Positions 35,165-45,877 of a stretch of 64,000 bases of DNA are shown one piece after another; position 1 is the stretch's first letter, and every line of letters starts with the position of its first letter. The position numbers and the translations under genes were made by a program. Under the pieces are notes generated by a model, which saw only the letters and a list, made by a program, of their open reading frames with translations, did no database searches and was not told the DNA's origin. The DNA is from Mantamonas sphyraenae STR306 (Eukaryota; Protista; CRuMs), in contig JAPMXV010000054.1 in assembly GCA_026936335.1 (NCBI GenBank), positions 368,962 through 432,961 on the forward strand, given 5' to 3'.

Positions 35165-38100
35165 ATGTCTGCGCGCTCACAGCTGTCGTCGTCGGCAGCA
35201 TCTGCGGCGACGGCGCTGGTGGAGCGGCTGGAGGCAGTTGCAGCACGGCTGGAGGCGCTGGCAGGAGCAAACGGGGTGCAGTGGAATGTAGATGTAATGG
35301 AGATGGAGGAAAAACGGATTGCCTGCGTGAAGGAGGCACAGCACATTGTGACGCCATCTGGAAAGGCCATCGTGCACAGCGGAGCAAAGATCGTGCCGCA
35401 CCCAACCAAGGATGAGGTTGTGGCAAAGATTGAGAACGAAATGTCGGAAACATGGGACGATGATGATGAAGAAGAAGGTGAGGAGGAGGAGGAGAGCAAG
35501 GTGAACAAGGAGGAGGCGGAAGCGCGAAAGCAGGAGGAGCAGGAGGAAACGACAAGGAAGGCCATCGAGAAGTCGCTGAAGCAAACGCGGACAGCATTTA
35601 CGATGCTGGAAGAAAGCGAGGAGCGTGCGGAGAAGGAAGCCAAGGATCTGCGGCGAATGGAAGGTGCACTGAAAACGGCGCATTTTGGGGATGGACTTGA
35701 GGATCCCTCGACGAAGCGAGCGCTTTCGCGGCTGTTTGTGGGGATTGGGAAGCGGATGCCGAGGGAAAAGGAGCTGGAAGCGGTGGCGGAACAGAGCGGG
35801 CTGGGGATGAAGGAGCTGCGGGAGTGGTTCTTCCAGGCGTGCGGGAAAGAGCAGCGGAAGCAAATGTCAAATTCGATGGCCCGGGAGTTGCGTGACTGGT
35901 TCATGCAAAAGCAGGCGGACGAGGAGTCGTCATCGGATTCTGGAGAGGAGGAGAAAGGGATGGAGGTGGAAGGGCCCCAGGAGGAGGTAAAGAGGAAGAA
36001 AGAGAGCGAGAAAGGAAAGGGCAAGGTGGGGCAGGTGAACGCGGGCAAACGCAGCAGGGCGTCGCCAGTGAAGGGAAAGAAGAGGGAGGACGGGTCGCGG
36101 GCTCTGAGCAAGAGCATGTTTGATCAGATTGTGAGGCCACTTGTGGAGGCAACCGGGAAGCTGAAAGGTGTGGAGACGGTTTCTGGTGTGGCGCGGCTGC
36201 TGCGAGGCGATCACGAAAAGCTAAAGGGCCGTGTGATGACGCGGCAGCAGGCGGAGATTGTGCTGGCGCTGCTGTGGCGGACGAATGACCTGAGTTTTAT
36301 GGAGGCGTAAGTTGCGGAGAGGGAGAGGGAGAGGGATGGGTGTGGGGTCGAGGCTGGAGGCGGGGTTGCATGTTCTGACACGTAAGGGCGGGGGAGACAG
36401 GTTTATGAAGGAAGGAGGGCACGTGGAGCTGGGTAAGGCAGTGGAGGAGTATGGAAGGGCTGCGAGTGGCCAGGGGCCGGCTGGAAAGCAGGGAGAGCTG
36501 CTTGCAGTGACGTTTGGCGCGTTGGAGGTGCTGCGTCGCCTGCCGCTGCGCCGGGAGGATCTGAAGGAGAGTGGACTGGGCAAGACGCTGGCACAGTTTA
36601 TCAAGCAACCAGGGGTCAGTTCAAAGGCGGCACAGTTGGGCAAGGTGGTGCTGCGGCAGTGGAAGGGCGCGATGGACCAAGGACTGGAGCACTGCGTGGC
36701 GCGAGGGGTGTTGCAGCTGGACGGGAGCACACGGACGCTGCGGGGACTGTCGAGTGGAAAACGGAAGGAACTTGTGGTGGGAGGAGGAAGCGGGAGCGGG
36801 AGCGGGGTCGGTAGCGCGACTGCGGGGTCGAGTGGAGGGGAGCCTGACCGGAAGCGAGCACGTGTGATTGTTCTGGCGGGTTCTGTGGGTTCTGTGGGGT
36901 CTCCGAGGGCGGGAGCAAAGAAACTGGGTGTTATGGGGCTGGGTGGGGAAAGGAAAGGGGCGACGACGGTGGGCGGGGAGAAAAGCAAGTTGCTCTCGGT
37001 GGGCCAGGCAGGGACGGCGGGACAGGGAGGTGAGATGCGAGGCAAGGAGAAGGAGGCAGAAAAGCAAGGGAAGGGAAAGAAAGAGGAGAAGCGTGAGGAG
37101 ACAGAGAGGACGAAGGAGAAAAGGGAGGAAGGGTCGGTGGGTGAGGGGACGACGGACGCCATGGTGGTGGAGGAGGAGAAGAAGGTGGTGACGAGGTGGA
37201 AGCCAAAGAGCAAGAGCGAGAAAGGAGAGGGCAAGGGCAAGGAGGTGGTCGGGGCAAAGATGGAGGTGGAGCAGCGCAAGAAGCGGGTGCGGTGGAAGGC
37301 GCCGAGCGAACTTGTGCAGGTGCGTGAAATTGAGGCGAAGGAAGACTCGATCAACTACAACCCTATGCGAGGAGGAGGAGGAGTGGGAGGAGTGGGAGGA
37401 GGCGGGGAGGACTTGTTTGCGCTTGAGCGTGAGCGGGAACGGAAGAGCGTAGTGGAGCAGCGGCTGAAGGAGGAGTACATTCGGGAGCAGCTGGGCCGGA
37501 TGGAGGCGCGGTGTGCATGGAAACGACCTGTTAGGATGCGTGGGACACGCGGGGGAGGGACTGTGCGTACGGTGGAGAGCGGGGAGGAGCACAAGCGCGT
37601 GGGCAACTCGCTGGAGGTGTTTTACGTCCGGCGGGACGACATTCCGCCGTCGCCGGCGTCACCATTTCGGTTTGACCGTGGGACGGAAGGAAACACTGCG
37701 GTGCCAGAGATTCCGTGGAAGGAGCGGAAGAGTAGCACTGGGTTTTTTGAAGGCGGGAAGCGGAAGGAAGAGACGAAAGCGGAGGAGCAGGGGCGTTCTA
37801 TGGGCATGGATGGGATGATGGTGGAGGAGAGTGGGAATGGTGGAGGGGGTGGCGGAGGGAATGGTGGAGGGGGTGGCGGAGGGAATGGGAGTGTGGTTGT
37901 GGGTGGGATTGTGCTGACGCTGGAGCAAATCCAGGCGTTGCAGCAGCTTCAGAGTGCTCTGTCTGGGATGGGAGGAGGAGGTGGTGGGGTGCAAGGTGGG
38001 GTGCAAGGTGGGGTGCAAGGTGGGGTGCAAGGTGGGGTGCAAGGTGGGGTGCAAGGTGGGGTGCAAGGTGGGGTGCAAGGTGGGGTGCAAGGGGTGCAAG

Positions 38101-38507
38101 GGGTGCAAGGAGTGCAAGTGGCGCAGGGTAGTGGGCAAGGGGTGCAAGGGATGCAGGGTGGTGGGCAAAGGATGCAGGGGATGCGGGGTGGTGGACAAAG
38201 GATGCAGGGTATGCAGGGGCATGGGATGCAAGGTGGTGGTCAAGGGATGGGCCACATACTGCAGCAGATGGCTAATTATGACAATGGCCAGCAATCGGTG
38301 CAATCGTGGCAGCAGAACTTGCAGCAGAGGATGAAGAGCAACAGCAGCCGAGGCGGTGGCGGCGGAGGAGGCGGAGGTGGAAGTGGTGGCGGTGGCGGTG
38401 GTGGTGGTGGTGGGAAGAAGAAAGGCAAGAAGAACATCCGCTGTGAATACTACAAGCGGCCTGGTGGCTGCATGAGGGGAAACAAGTGCATGTATTTGCA
38501 CGAATGA
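35165..38507 (+). CDS. PNUTS/PPP1R10-LUMINIDEPENDENS-like PP1 regulator; intron 36307-36400
   Basis: Homeodomain-like segment (ELEAVAEQSGLGMKELREWF); TFIIS-N-like (LRRLPL...LKESGLGK...QW); RVxW PP1 motif KKRVRWK; terminal CCCH finger CEYYKRPGGCMRGNKCMYLHE. Confidence 0.75.
37983..38118 (+). repeat. Coding 12-bp minisatellite (GTGCAAGGTGGG, encoding VQGG), about 8 copies, then degenerate VQG units
   Basis: Read directly from the sequence. Confidence 0.9.
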
Positions 38508-38654
38508 AGCCGTTTTTGGAAACATTCCGTCAAGCATCGTGCGAACAGCAAACGTGGGGTTTGCGCAGATCCTGGTGTGGTCGCAAAGTCAAAATTTCAT
38601 AGTCTGTGTCCTTGATCTTTTGCGTAAACTCCGACGTGGGTAGTCGAAGAAGCA

Positions 38655-38759
38655 GTCAGTGTGGCCGAGTGGTTAAGGCGGTGCACTCGAATTTCCTTCC
38701 ATAGGAAAACTGAAATGCATTGGTGTAATGCTGCGTAGGTTCGAATCCTGCCGCTGACG
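38655..38759 (+). tRNA. tRNA-Ser(CGA) with canonical 23-nt intron at 37/38 (38692-38714)
   Basis: Acceptor GTCAGTG/CGCTGAC with G73; A-box TGGCCGAGTGG; anticodon stem GTGCA/TGCAT; long variable arm; GGTTCGAATCC; downstream T-tracts. Confidence 0.92.
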
Positions 38760-38952
38760 TCATTTCTTCAATTTTTCTTTTTGCCCAGGTCTGCCCCTGC
38801 TGTTGGCATCACCACGCAGCATGGGCTGTTCGCACCCTCTTCACTCTCGGGACTGGTCTGCTCCTGCTTCGTTGTTCATGCTGCAGCGAGGCATGTGTGA
38901 GCAGCGGACACAAACCACGCAGCCGCACCCATCCCAACACCACACACACACA

Positions 38953-39948
38953 ATGTCTTCCATTCACGACACCATCCGTGAGGGTCGCTACAAGAAGGAG
39001 ACCATCCCTGTGCTGGAGAAGCACGTTGGCACCATGGCTGCCGAAGGCGTATGTTGCTCCCGGAACGGCGGTGGCGTCGGTGAAGGCTCGCGTGCTCACC
39101 CTGCTCTCTCACCCCACAGACCTACGATCAGGAGGCCGTCCATTCACTTATCAAACTCTACCAGTTCCACCCGGATGCCGTGGACACTGAAGTTCTGTCG
39201 CTGGCACTGGGCCTGGCCCTGATGCAGCTGCCGGAGAACGACTTTACGCTGTGTCTGTACATGCTGCCCGAGGCTGTGGTAAGTGAGCGCGTGCTCGCAT
39301 AGGCCTAATGTCCCATGTACGTCTGTCCCTGTTTCCCCATGCTCACACCCCGCACAGCAAGAGCAGGAGCCGCTTGCGACGCTGGCCAAAATGCACGCCT
39401 TGCTCCAGACGGGCGCGTTTGCCGATTTTTGGACCGCCACCACAGACATCCGCTCCTCGCTTTTGGACCGCCTGAGCGGGTTTGATGATGCGGTGCGCAA
39501 CTGTACGTGTGCCTTGGTCGTCTGCTACACCGCCCCGCCCCACTGCATGCTTGCCGCGCACTCACGCTCTGCTACCCGTTGAACCCACACAGACATCCGC
39601 GTTGTGTGTGCTCTTACCTTTCAGACCATGTCCGCCACCCAGGTCAAGGCCATGTTTGGCGTGGACTCGCTGGTACGTGCGATGTTCCCGGCCACCCTGA
39701 TTGTTTGTTCTCTTCCTGCCACGACCTGCTTGGTTGTACGCACACGCACGCACGCACGCATGCACGTACGTACACACTCACACGCAATCGGACCCACACA
39801 GGACCATCTCAGTGCCTACGACGACTGGACGGTGGGCGACGACGGACGTGAAGTGACCATCGCTGCCAACTTTTCCAACACCGCTCAACTGCCCGCCAAG
39901 AAGGATTACTCGGTGTCGTTTGAACAGCTCGGGAGCATTCTGCAATGA
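38953..39948 (+). CDS. EIF3K: eIF3 subunit K, multi-exon
   Basis: RYKKETIPVLEKHV...YDQEAVHSLIKLYQFHP...ALMQLPENDFTLC...LLQTGAFADFW...GFDDAVR. Confidence 0.9.
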
Positions 39949-40020
39949 ACGCTGATGGGTGAGGGGGACGAGTGAGAGAGTCGATCAAATGAAACAGCGC
40001 AACCGCAACCAACCCAACCC

Positions 40021-40802
40021 ATGTCCTCCAGCTGGTTCTCGTGGCTACAAGACGCATGGTCGTCGATGGCCCCATCCTCTTCTGCCTCTTTGGCGTCGTC
40101 GTCCACTCGTTTCGAGCAGGAGTTGGCGTCCAAGCGTGCGTTGCCCCCGTTTACCGCCGAGGTGATGGCGCAGTACGCAGATCTAGAGTCCAGGCATGGC
40201 CAGCAGGCACGCGTGGTGTTCCAGGTGTACACAAACTTGCTTATTGTTGAGCGCTGGAGTGAGATTGAGATGCGCGAGTCGGAAACCGTCGCTGTGCCGT
40301 ACCTTGTGGCGGCTGTGCGCCCACACGTGCGTTTGCCCATCCCAGTGTCTCTGCCTTTTCCAAACACACACACCACTGACTCGTAGCCGTGTGTGCACAG
40401 ACACCCGTACAGGTAATTGTCCCTGTGAAGGCCACCCAGGACGTTGACCTGGCCTGGGTCCACGGCCTGCTCGATTCGATCCCGCATCCGGTACACGGCC
40501 GCGTCCTGGGCAGTCTGCTGCTGGCTGTGGTCGACAGCGACAGCACTGTCGTGTACTACCGCATCAGCGATGGCCTGCTGCACCCAGAGGCCGAGCAGGA
40601 GCGCAAAAAGGAAAGGGTCGAGTCGCTCACCACAGAAGTGGCCGTGGCCCGGCGACTGGCTCAGTCTACGGCCAAGAGGCGGAGGGACAGTGTCAAAGAG
40701 GAGGAAGAAGAGGAGGAGGACAATGGTGCACGAGGAGACGGCAGCGGGGACGTGCAAGAGACGGGCGCCGGCCACAAACGGCAGCGAGTCGGGAACGCGT
40801 GA
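40021..40802 (+). CDS. TSEN15: tRNA-splicing endonuclease subunit Sen15; 2 exons
   Basis: FQVYTNLLIVERW and LLAVVDSDSTVVYYRISDGL (Sen15 signature). Confidence 0.85.
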
Positions 40803-40881
40803 GGGGTGCCAACCAAATCAAAAAGTCGAGGATTCCCAGCGCATGAAGCACGTTGGCACAATGAAGATTCCAGGTGACACA

Positions 40882-41934
40882 ATGTCACCCAGGAAAGGGG
40901 TTGTATGTGCGCTTGTGTGCCTGGCAATTTTGGCGAGCAGCACACACGCCTTTACACCCACTCACGAATGGCAAGAGGTTCCCAAGGGAGAATCTGTACC
41001 CCCGGGGCTGCACTACCGGTTCGACTTTGAGCAGGACAAGGTGTTTGCCAAGCTGCAGGCGGACAAGGCGGAAAGTGACGGGTCTGGGGCCGGGGCTGAC
41101 GTCATCGCACATCCGGCTGTGGTGATGAAAAAGTCGGAGGAAGAGACTCAATTGGAGACACAGATGGCAGACAGGGGCCTGAAGAGGCTGGCGGGTGAGC
41201 AAGCGGCTCAGGTGAGGGCAGCTTCGAGCGCGTTGTGGTCGGCGAACGACACACGTGTGGCGGAAGCCCTGGAGGAGCTGACCGAGGATGCAGACCTGGT
41301 GGATGTGGGCATGGCTATCCACCAGCTCAACGGCACTCGTGCACTGGCGGCTCTGCTGCAGCAGAAGCGTTTGCAGGGACCTGCGCTGGGCTTGCTCGGA
41401 GTCATGGCCCAATCTGCGCCGCAGGTGCAGCAGGCGGCCGTGAGCGCGTATGCACTGCATCGCATGGTGGACATCATTGGAGACGCAGAAGCAGAGGAAG
41501 CTGTGGTGGCCAAGGCGTTGTTCGCGTTGATGGCTGTGTGCGGGTCGAACGAACGGCACACGCGGACGTTTGTACGTGCCCAAGGCCCGCTCGCGCTGCG
41601 AGGATGTGTGCAGCGGCACGCAGCGAGTCGCAGAATCCAACGCAAGGTGTGGTCGTTTGCAGCTGTGGCAGGGAACAAAGTGGCCGAGGCCTTGAGGAGC
41701 CGGTTGCCAGAGGCAGTTCGCTTTGCCGCCGAGCAACAGGACATGGTACTGCTCGAACACCTGGTGGACGTAGGGATGCAGCTGGAGGTGCCCGCGCAGG
41801 TGTGGCATGCCGCCGTGGAGCATATTGAACAGCTGGGCAGTCAGGCCAGCGACTTTGAACAAGAGCTGCTCGCGAGGATGCAAAAGAGGGATGCAAAGGG
41901 CACTGGCGAGGAGAAGGAGGAGACGAGGGAATAA
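40882..41934 (+). CDS. SIL1: SIL1-like ER Hsp70 nucleotide exchange factor
   Basis: Signal peptide, then FTPTHEWQEVPKGESVPPGLHYRFDF...AKL; armadillo-like repeats. Confidence 0.8.
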   Translation: MSPRKGVVCALVCLAILASSTHAFTPTHEWQEVPKGESVPPGLHYRFDFEQDKVFAKLQADKAESDGSGAGADVIAHPAVVMKKSEEETQLETQMADRGLKRLAGEQAAQVRAASSALWSANDTRVAEALEELTEDADLVDVGMAIHQLNGTRALAALLQQKRLQGPALGLLGVMAQSAPQVQQAAVSAYALHRMVDIIGDAEAEEAVVAKALFALMAVCGSNERHTRTFVRAQGPLALRGCVQRHAASRRIQRKVWSFAAVAGNKVAEALRSRLPEAVRFAAEQQDMVLLEHLVDVGMQLEVPAQVWHAAVEHIEQLGSQASDFEQELLARMQKRDAKGTGEEKEETRE

Positions 41935-42063
41935 CAAACGCTCAATTTGTTGTCACTTGTCAATGATTGGCCAAAGGGGCCACGCGTAGCGTGAGAGGAA
42001 GGTGGGCACAGTTGTGCTTGTGCTTGTGCTGCTGTGTGTGTGCGTGTCGTAGACATGTCCATG

Positions 42064-42811
42064 TCACAGGGAGAGACTGTAGGCACGAAGGATGGACACG
42101 TCGTCCTGGGGCCTGTCGTCCTCGTCGGTGCTGACGGCGCCCATCTTCTTGACGACGTTCATGCCAGAGGCGACTCGGCCAAAGATGGTGTGGTTGCCGT
42201 CGAGATGGGACTGGGCGGCCAACGTGATGAAAAACTGGGAGCCGTTTGTGTTTGGGCCACTGTTGGCCATGGAGAGGACTGTGGGCATGTGTGAGTGGAG
42301 AGCGGCGCGGAATGCGCGCGAGGGTGCTGCCTGGCTTTGCCGTCAACTCACTGCCTGCACCTGTGTGCCTGAGTTCCTTTGTGATCTCATCCTCGAAAGG
42401 TTCGCCCCAGATGCTGTGTGAAAGGGAAGTGGGAGTGTAAGCGGGGTGCTGGAGTCCAGCGAGGCGACGTGTGTCGTGTGTGCGCGTCGACCGACCTTTC
42501 GCCGCCGCGGCCTGTGCCGCTGGGGTCGCCGCCTTGCACCATAAAGTCGGCAATGATTCTGTGGAAGATGACGCCGTCGTAGTAGTTGGAGTCGGCGAGT
42601 TTGGCAAAGTTGTAGCAGGTCTTTGGCGCGTGGTTGTAGTACAGCTCCAACGCAATCTCGCCCATGGTTGTCTCCAGCACTACGTGAGTGGGTATATCGC
42701 CATACTCGCTCGTCGTCTGTGTGGGTAAGGCCTTGGGTGTCAGTCACCGGGGGATGGGGGGGGGGGAGGAATTGGGCTTGTGGTTGGCGGTGAGATGGAA
42801 AGAAGTACCAT
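42064..42811 (-). CDS. PPIL1: Cyclophilin PPIL1; 4 exons, the first coding only ATG
   Basis: [58 protein letters not shown]. Confidence 0.9.
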
Positions 42812-42863
42812 CCTGCAGTTTTGATGGGTGTGGGTGGGGAACAGAGAAGGGCGTGACGCTAAA

Positions 42864-42870
42864 TGAGAGA

Positions 42871-42903
<33 letters not shown>
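42864..42903. repeat. (GA)n microsatellite
   Basis: Read directly from the sequence. Confidence 0.9.
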
Positions 42904-42905
<2 letters not shown>

Positions 42906-42910
42906 TGTGT

Positions 42911-44168
42911 CTATTCTGCCTTGGCACCCTTCTTCTCGGCTTCCTTGGCGTACTCCTTGCGCGCGAGGTGCTTCTGGTAGTTGACGTCGGTGCCGTTGAG
43001 GCGGTCCATGTGCATAAAGATGCTGGCGTAGTTGGAGCCGTAGAATTGGTGGTGATAGTCATGGTGCTGGGCGCCGGCGTAGAGGGGGATCCACTTGCTC
43101 GGAGACCAGGGGAATTCGTAGCCACTGTGGGCCTCTGTGACCTGAGTCAGGCGCAGAAAGAGGAACACATAAAAGGTAAAGGCATGCGGGGCCACGAGGA
43201 CGGGCCCAGCCATGGTGGCGGCGCCGAGGATAATGGTCTCTGCCGGGTGAGCGTACTCGCCGGCAATGCCCATGGGCGCAGCGTGCTCGTGATGGATGTA
43301 GTGGATGTTGTTGTAGCCCCACTCGGTGTGCAGGAACTTGTGGCCCCAGTAGAAGATGCAGTCTTCGATGAGAAAGAAGATGGCCACCTGCACGGCAACT
43401 TCCAACAGCGAGGGCAGCGGGAGCGTCATCCGCATGCCGGTCGCCTTGAAGAACGGGTAAGCAAAGTACATCATGGGCAACTGGACAAACACGTGGTCGG
43501 CCAGCACTCCAAGCACACACTTGGTCAGCTTGCGCCAGTCGTTCTCCTTGTCCTGTTGGGGCACGGACCGGGAGAGTGGGAAGGATGCACGTGCGTGTGT
43601 GAGTGTCCACTTGGTGGGTGCTTGTTGTCCATGCACATGGAGCGTGTATGGGGGCAACGGGAGGCGGAAAGGCGCCGAGCGACGTCGCCGACGGCAGCGG
43701 CCACGCTTCCGCCCCACTGTACAGCGGGGCAGAAGGCTCAGCCAAAGTTGACGTCGTGTGCATGGGAGCACAACACGACATAGCAGCAGTAGCCAGGCGG
43801 GGGAACGGAAGCATGCAAGGTGAAGGAGCAGCGGAGGCAGTGGGAAGGAGGTGGGGCGTGGCGTTGGCACTCTCTCATGCACTCTCTGGAGGTTTCGGCG
43901 GGAGAGAAGCATGGGGGAGCGACGGGGTGTTCGAGGCGGGACAGGCTGACGCATAGGGCAAAAGAAGCACACAGACCAAGGCACGCACCTGTTGGATCTT
44001 CCATCTCTGCATAAAGGGCAGGTAGTCGCAGATGAAGTAGGGGATGTAGCTGCCAAAGTAGACGAGCTCGTGGAGCCAAAAGGTACCCCAGACGAGCAGG
44101 GAGCGCTCGCCGTAGGTGTCGAGGAGGTACTGCCAATAGTAGGTGGCTGTCTGCATAGGGTCGATCAT
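42911..44168 (-). CDS. ERG25: Sterol C4-methyl oxidase (ERG25/MSMO1); 2 exons
   Basis: WLHELVYFG...WKIQ; His boxes HKFLH, HYIHHEH, HHDYHH; AGEYAHPAE, HSGYEFPWSP. Confidence 0.9.
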
Positions 44169-44180
44169 CACGGGCGGTTG

Positions 44181-45743
44181 ATGTTGCGCGAATGGGCGCA
44201 AGGTGAAATGTCGGTCGTCCACGCGAAGGCGCCTGCCTCGGGCAAAGACGCGCCGTTTGGGCGCTTCCTGTGGGAGTCCATGAAGGGGGGCATCGGCATG
44301 TTTAGCGAGTCCTACTTTCTGTTTGCCATCGGCAACATCAAGGAGATGTTCCGCATTGCGTACCCAACGTGCTGGGGCGATGCGCCTACTGAATGCAACC
44401 CGGAAATGGTCAAGATGATCACTGCGATGGAGATTGTGGGCGTGATTCTGGGCATGACAATCTTGGGCCCACTGTCGGACCTGGCCCAGCGTCGCGGAGG
44501 ATCGCGTGCAAGCGTGGCGCTGCTGATTGGCTGCATCATGTGTTTGGCTGGCGTGTTGATTACGCTTCCGTTGGCGCCTGGCGACGTGGTGACCACGTTT
44601 ACCATCTTTACTGCCTGTGTGGCGTTGTTTGGCTTTGGTGTGGGAGGAGAGTATCCGTCGGCAGCGTCGTCTGCTGCGGAGCGAGTCAAGGGGAGCACGG
44701 GCCCTCAGCGCGGCGGCGCGGTTGCGTTTACTTTCCTGATGCAGGGGTTGGGCAGCTTTGTGAACACGGCGGTGATCATTGTGGTGCTGCTTGCCACAGG
44801 GCAGTGGGACACGTACGATCCGCTGGAACTGCGTTCTGTGTGGCGATACCAATACGCGGTGGGCTGCCTTTTCCTCGTGCTGATGGTGATCTACCGGTAC
44901 CAGCAGCACCGTGGCAGTGGAGACGAGGCACACGCAGGCGACTACGCGTCGCTGGAGGATGAGAGCATCAAGGACAGTAGCGAGGACAATGAGAACCGAA
45001 GCAGCACGTTCCGCACGTACCTGCGTCTGTACGGCCACAAACTTGTGGGCACAGGCATTGGATGGATGGTTTGGGACGTGACGTTCTATGGCAACAAACT
45101 GTTCCAGGGCAGTATCATCGAGGCCATCGCAGGGACGCGTGCCCTGAACGTCGTGCTGCCGTACACACTGCTGAACACGTTTGTGGCCCTGCTCGGGTAC
45201 ATTGGCGCGGGCTTTGTGTTGCGCTGGGGCTGGATGGGTCGTCGAAACCTGCAGATGCTGGGATTTGCTGCGTCGGGCGTCCTGTTTCTGGTGAGCGCGG
45301 TGGGCTACGAGTTTTTCACGGGCTCCAAGGAGGGTGCGGTCATGTTTCTGATCATCTACCTGCTGTCGTCGTTCTTTGGACAGTTTGGGCCGAACGTGAC
45401 GACATGGTTGCTGGCTGTGGAGTGCTACCCCGAGGAGTTTCGTGCGCAAAGCCACGGCCTGAGCGGCTCGGGCGGGATGACAGGAGCACTGATCTCTGGC
45501 CTGACGTTTCCGTACATGGACACGGTGGGGCGCTTTTCGTTGTGTGCAGCCTGCAGCGTCGTTGGCATGGTGCTGACGTACGTGTGTGTGCCTGAAGTGG
45601 GTTCGCACGACCTGGCCGAGGTGGACGCCCTGTGGGAGCGCGAGAAGCATTTGGACCGCTGGGTGAGCAGCCCGTGGAACACAAAGTGGCAAGAGTGGCG
45701 TGGGATCGAGAGCGAGCGCGTGCGCGTGCACAGCCGGGATTGA
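44181..45743 (+). CDS. MFS inorganic phosphate transporter (PHO84/PHT1-like); start 44181 or 44208
   Basis: GMFSESYFLF, GFGVGGEYP, MQGLG, WDVTFYG, FGQFGPNVTT. Confidence 0.85.
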   Translation: MLREWAQGEMSVVHAKAPASGKDAPFGRFLWESMKGGIGMFSESYFLFAIGNIKEMFRIAYPTCWGDAPTECNPEMVKMITAMEIVGVILGMTILGPLSDLAQRRGGSRASVALLIGCIMCLAGVLITLPLAPGDVVTTFTIFTACVALFGFGVGGEYPSAASSAAERVKGSTGPQRGGAVAFTFLMQGLGSFVNTAVIIVVLLATGQWDTYDPLELRSVWRYQYAVGCLFLVLMVIYRYQQHRGSGDEAHAGDYASLEDESIKDSSEDNENRSSTFRTYLRLYGHKLVGTGIGWMVWDVTFYGNKLFQGSIIEAIAGTRALNVVLPYTLLNTFVALLGYIGAGFVLRWGWMGRRNLQMLGFAASGVLFLVSAVGYEFFTGSKEGAVMFLIIYLLSSFFGQFGPNVTTWLLAVECYPEEFRAQSHGLSGSGGMTGALISGLTFPYMDTVGRFSLCAACSVVGMVLTYVCVPEVGSHDLAEVDALWEREKHLDRWVSSPWNTKWQEWRGIESERVRVHSRD

Positions 45744-45877
45744 TGGGTGGGGTTGTTTGGACTCTCCGCAAATGGAATGGATGTTGTGTGAGGTCCAGCT
45801 ATGCTTACTAAGGTTGTTTGGATGGGGGTTGTTGTTTGGGTTGAGGACGATGCGGCATCGGGAGCAAGGGACGAAGG

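Noticed and set aside
33532-36117. 861-aa ORF as one protein
   Set aside because: Only the last ~280 aa are ankyrin repeats; the rest is the antisense shadow of the PNUTS-like gene plus intergenic DNA
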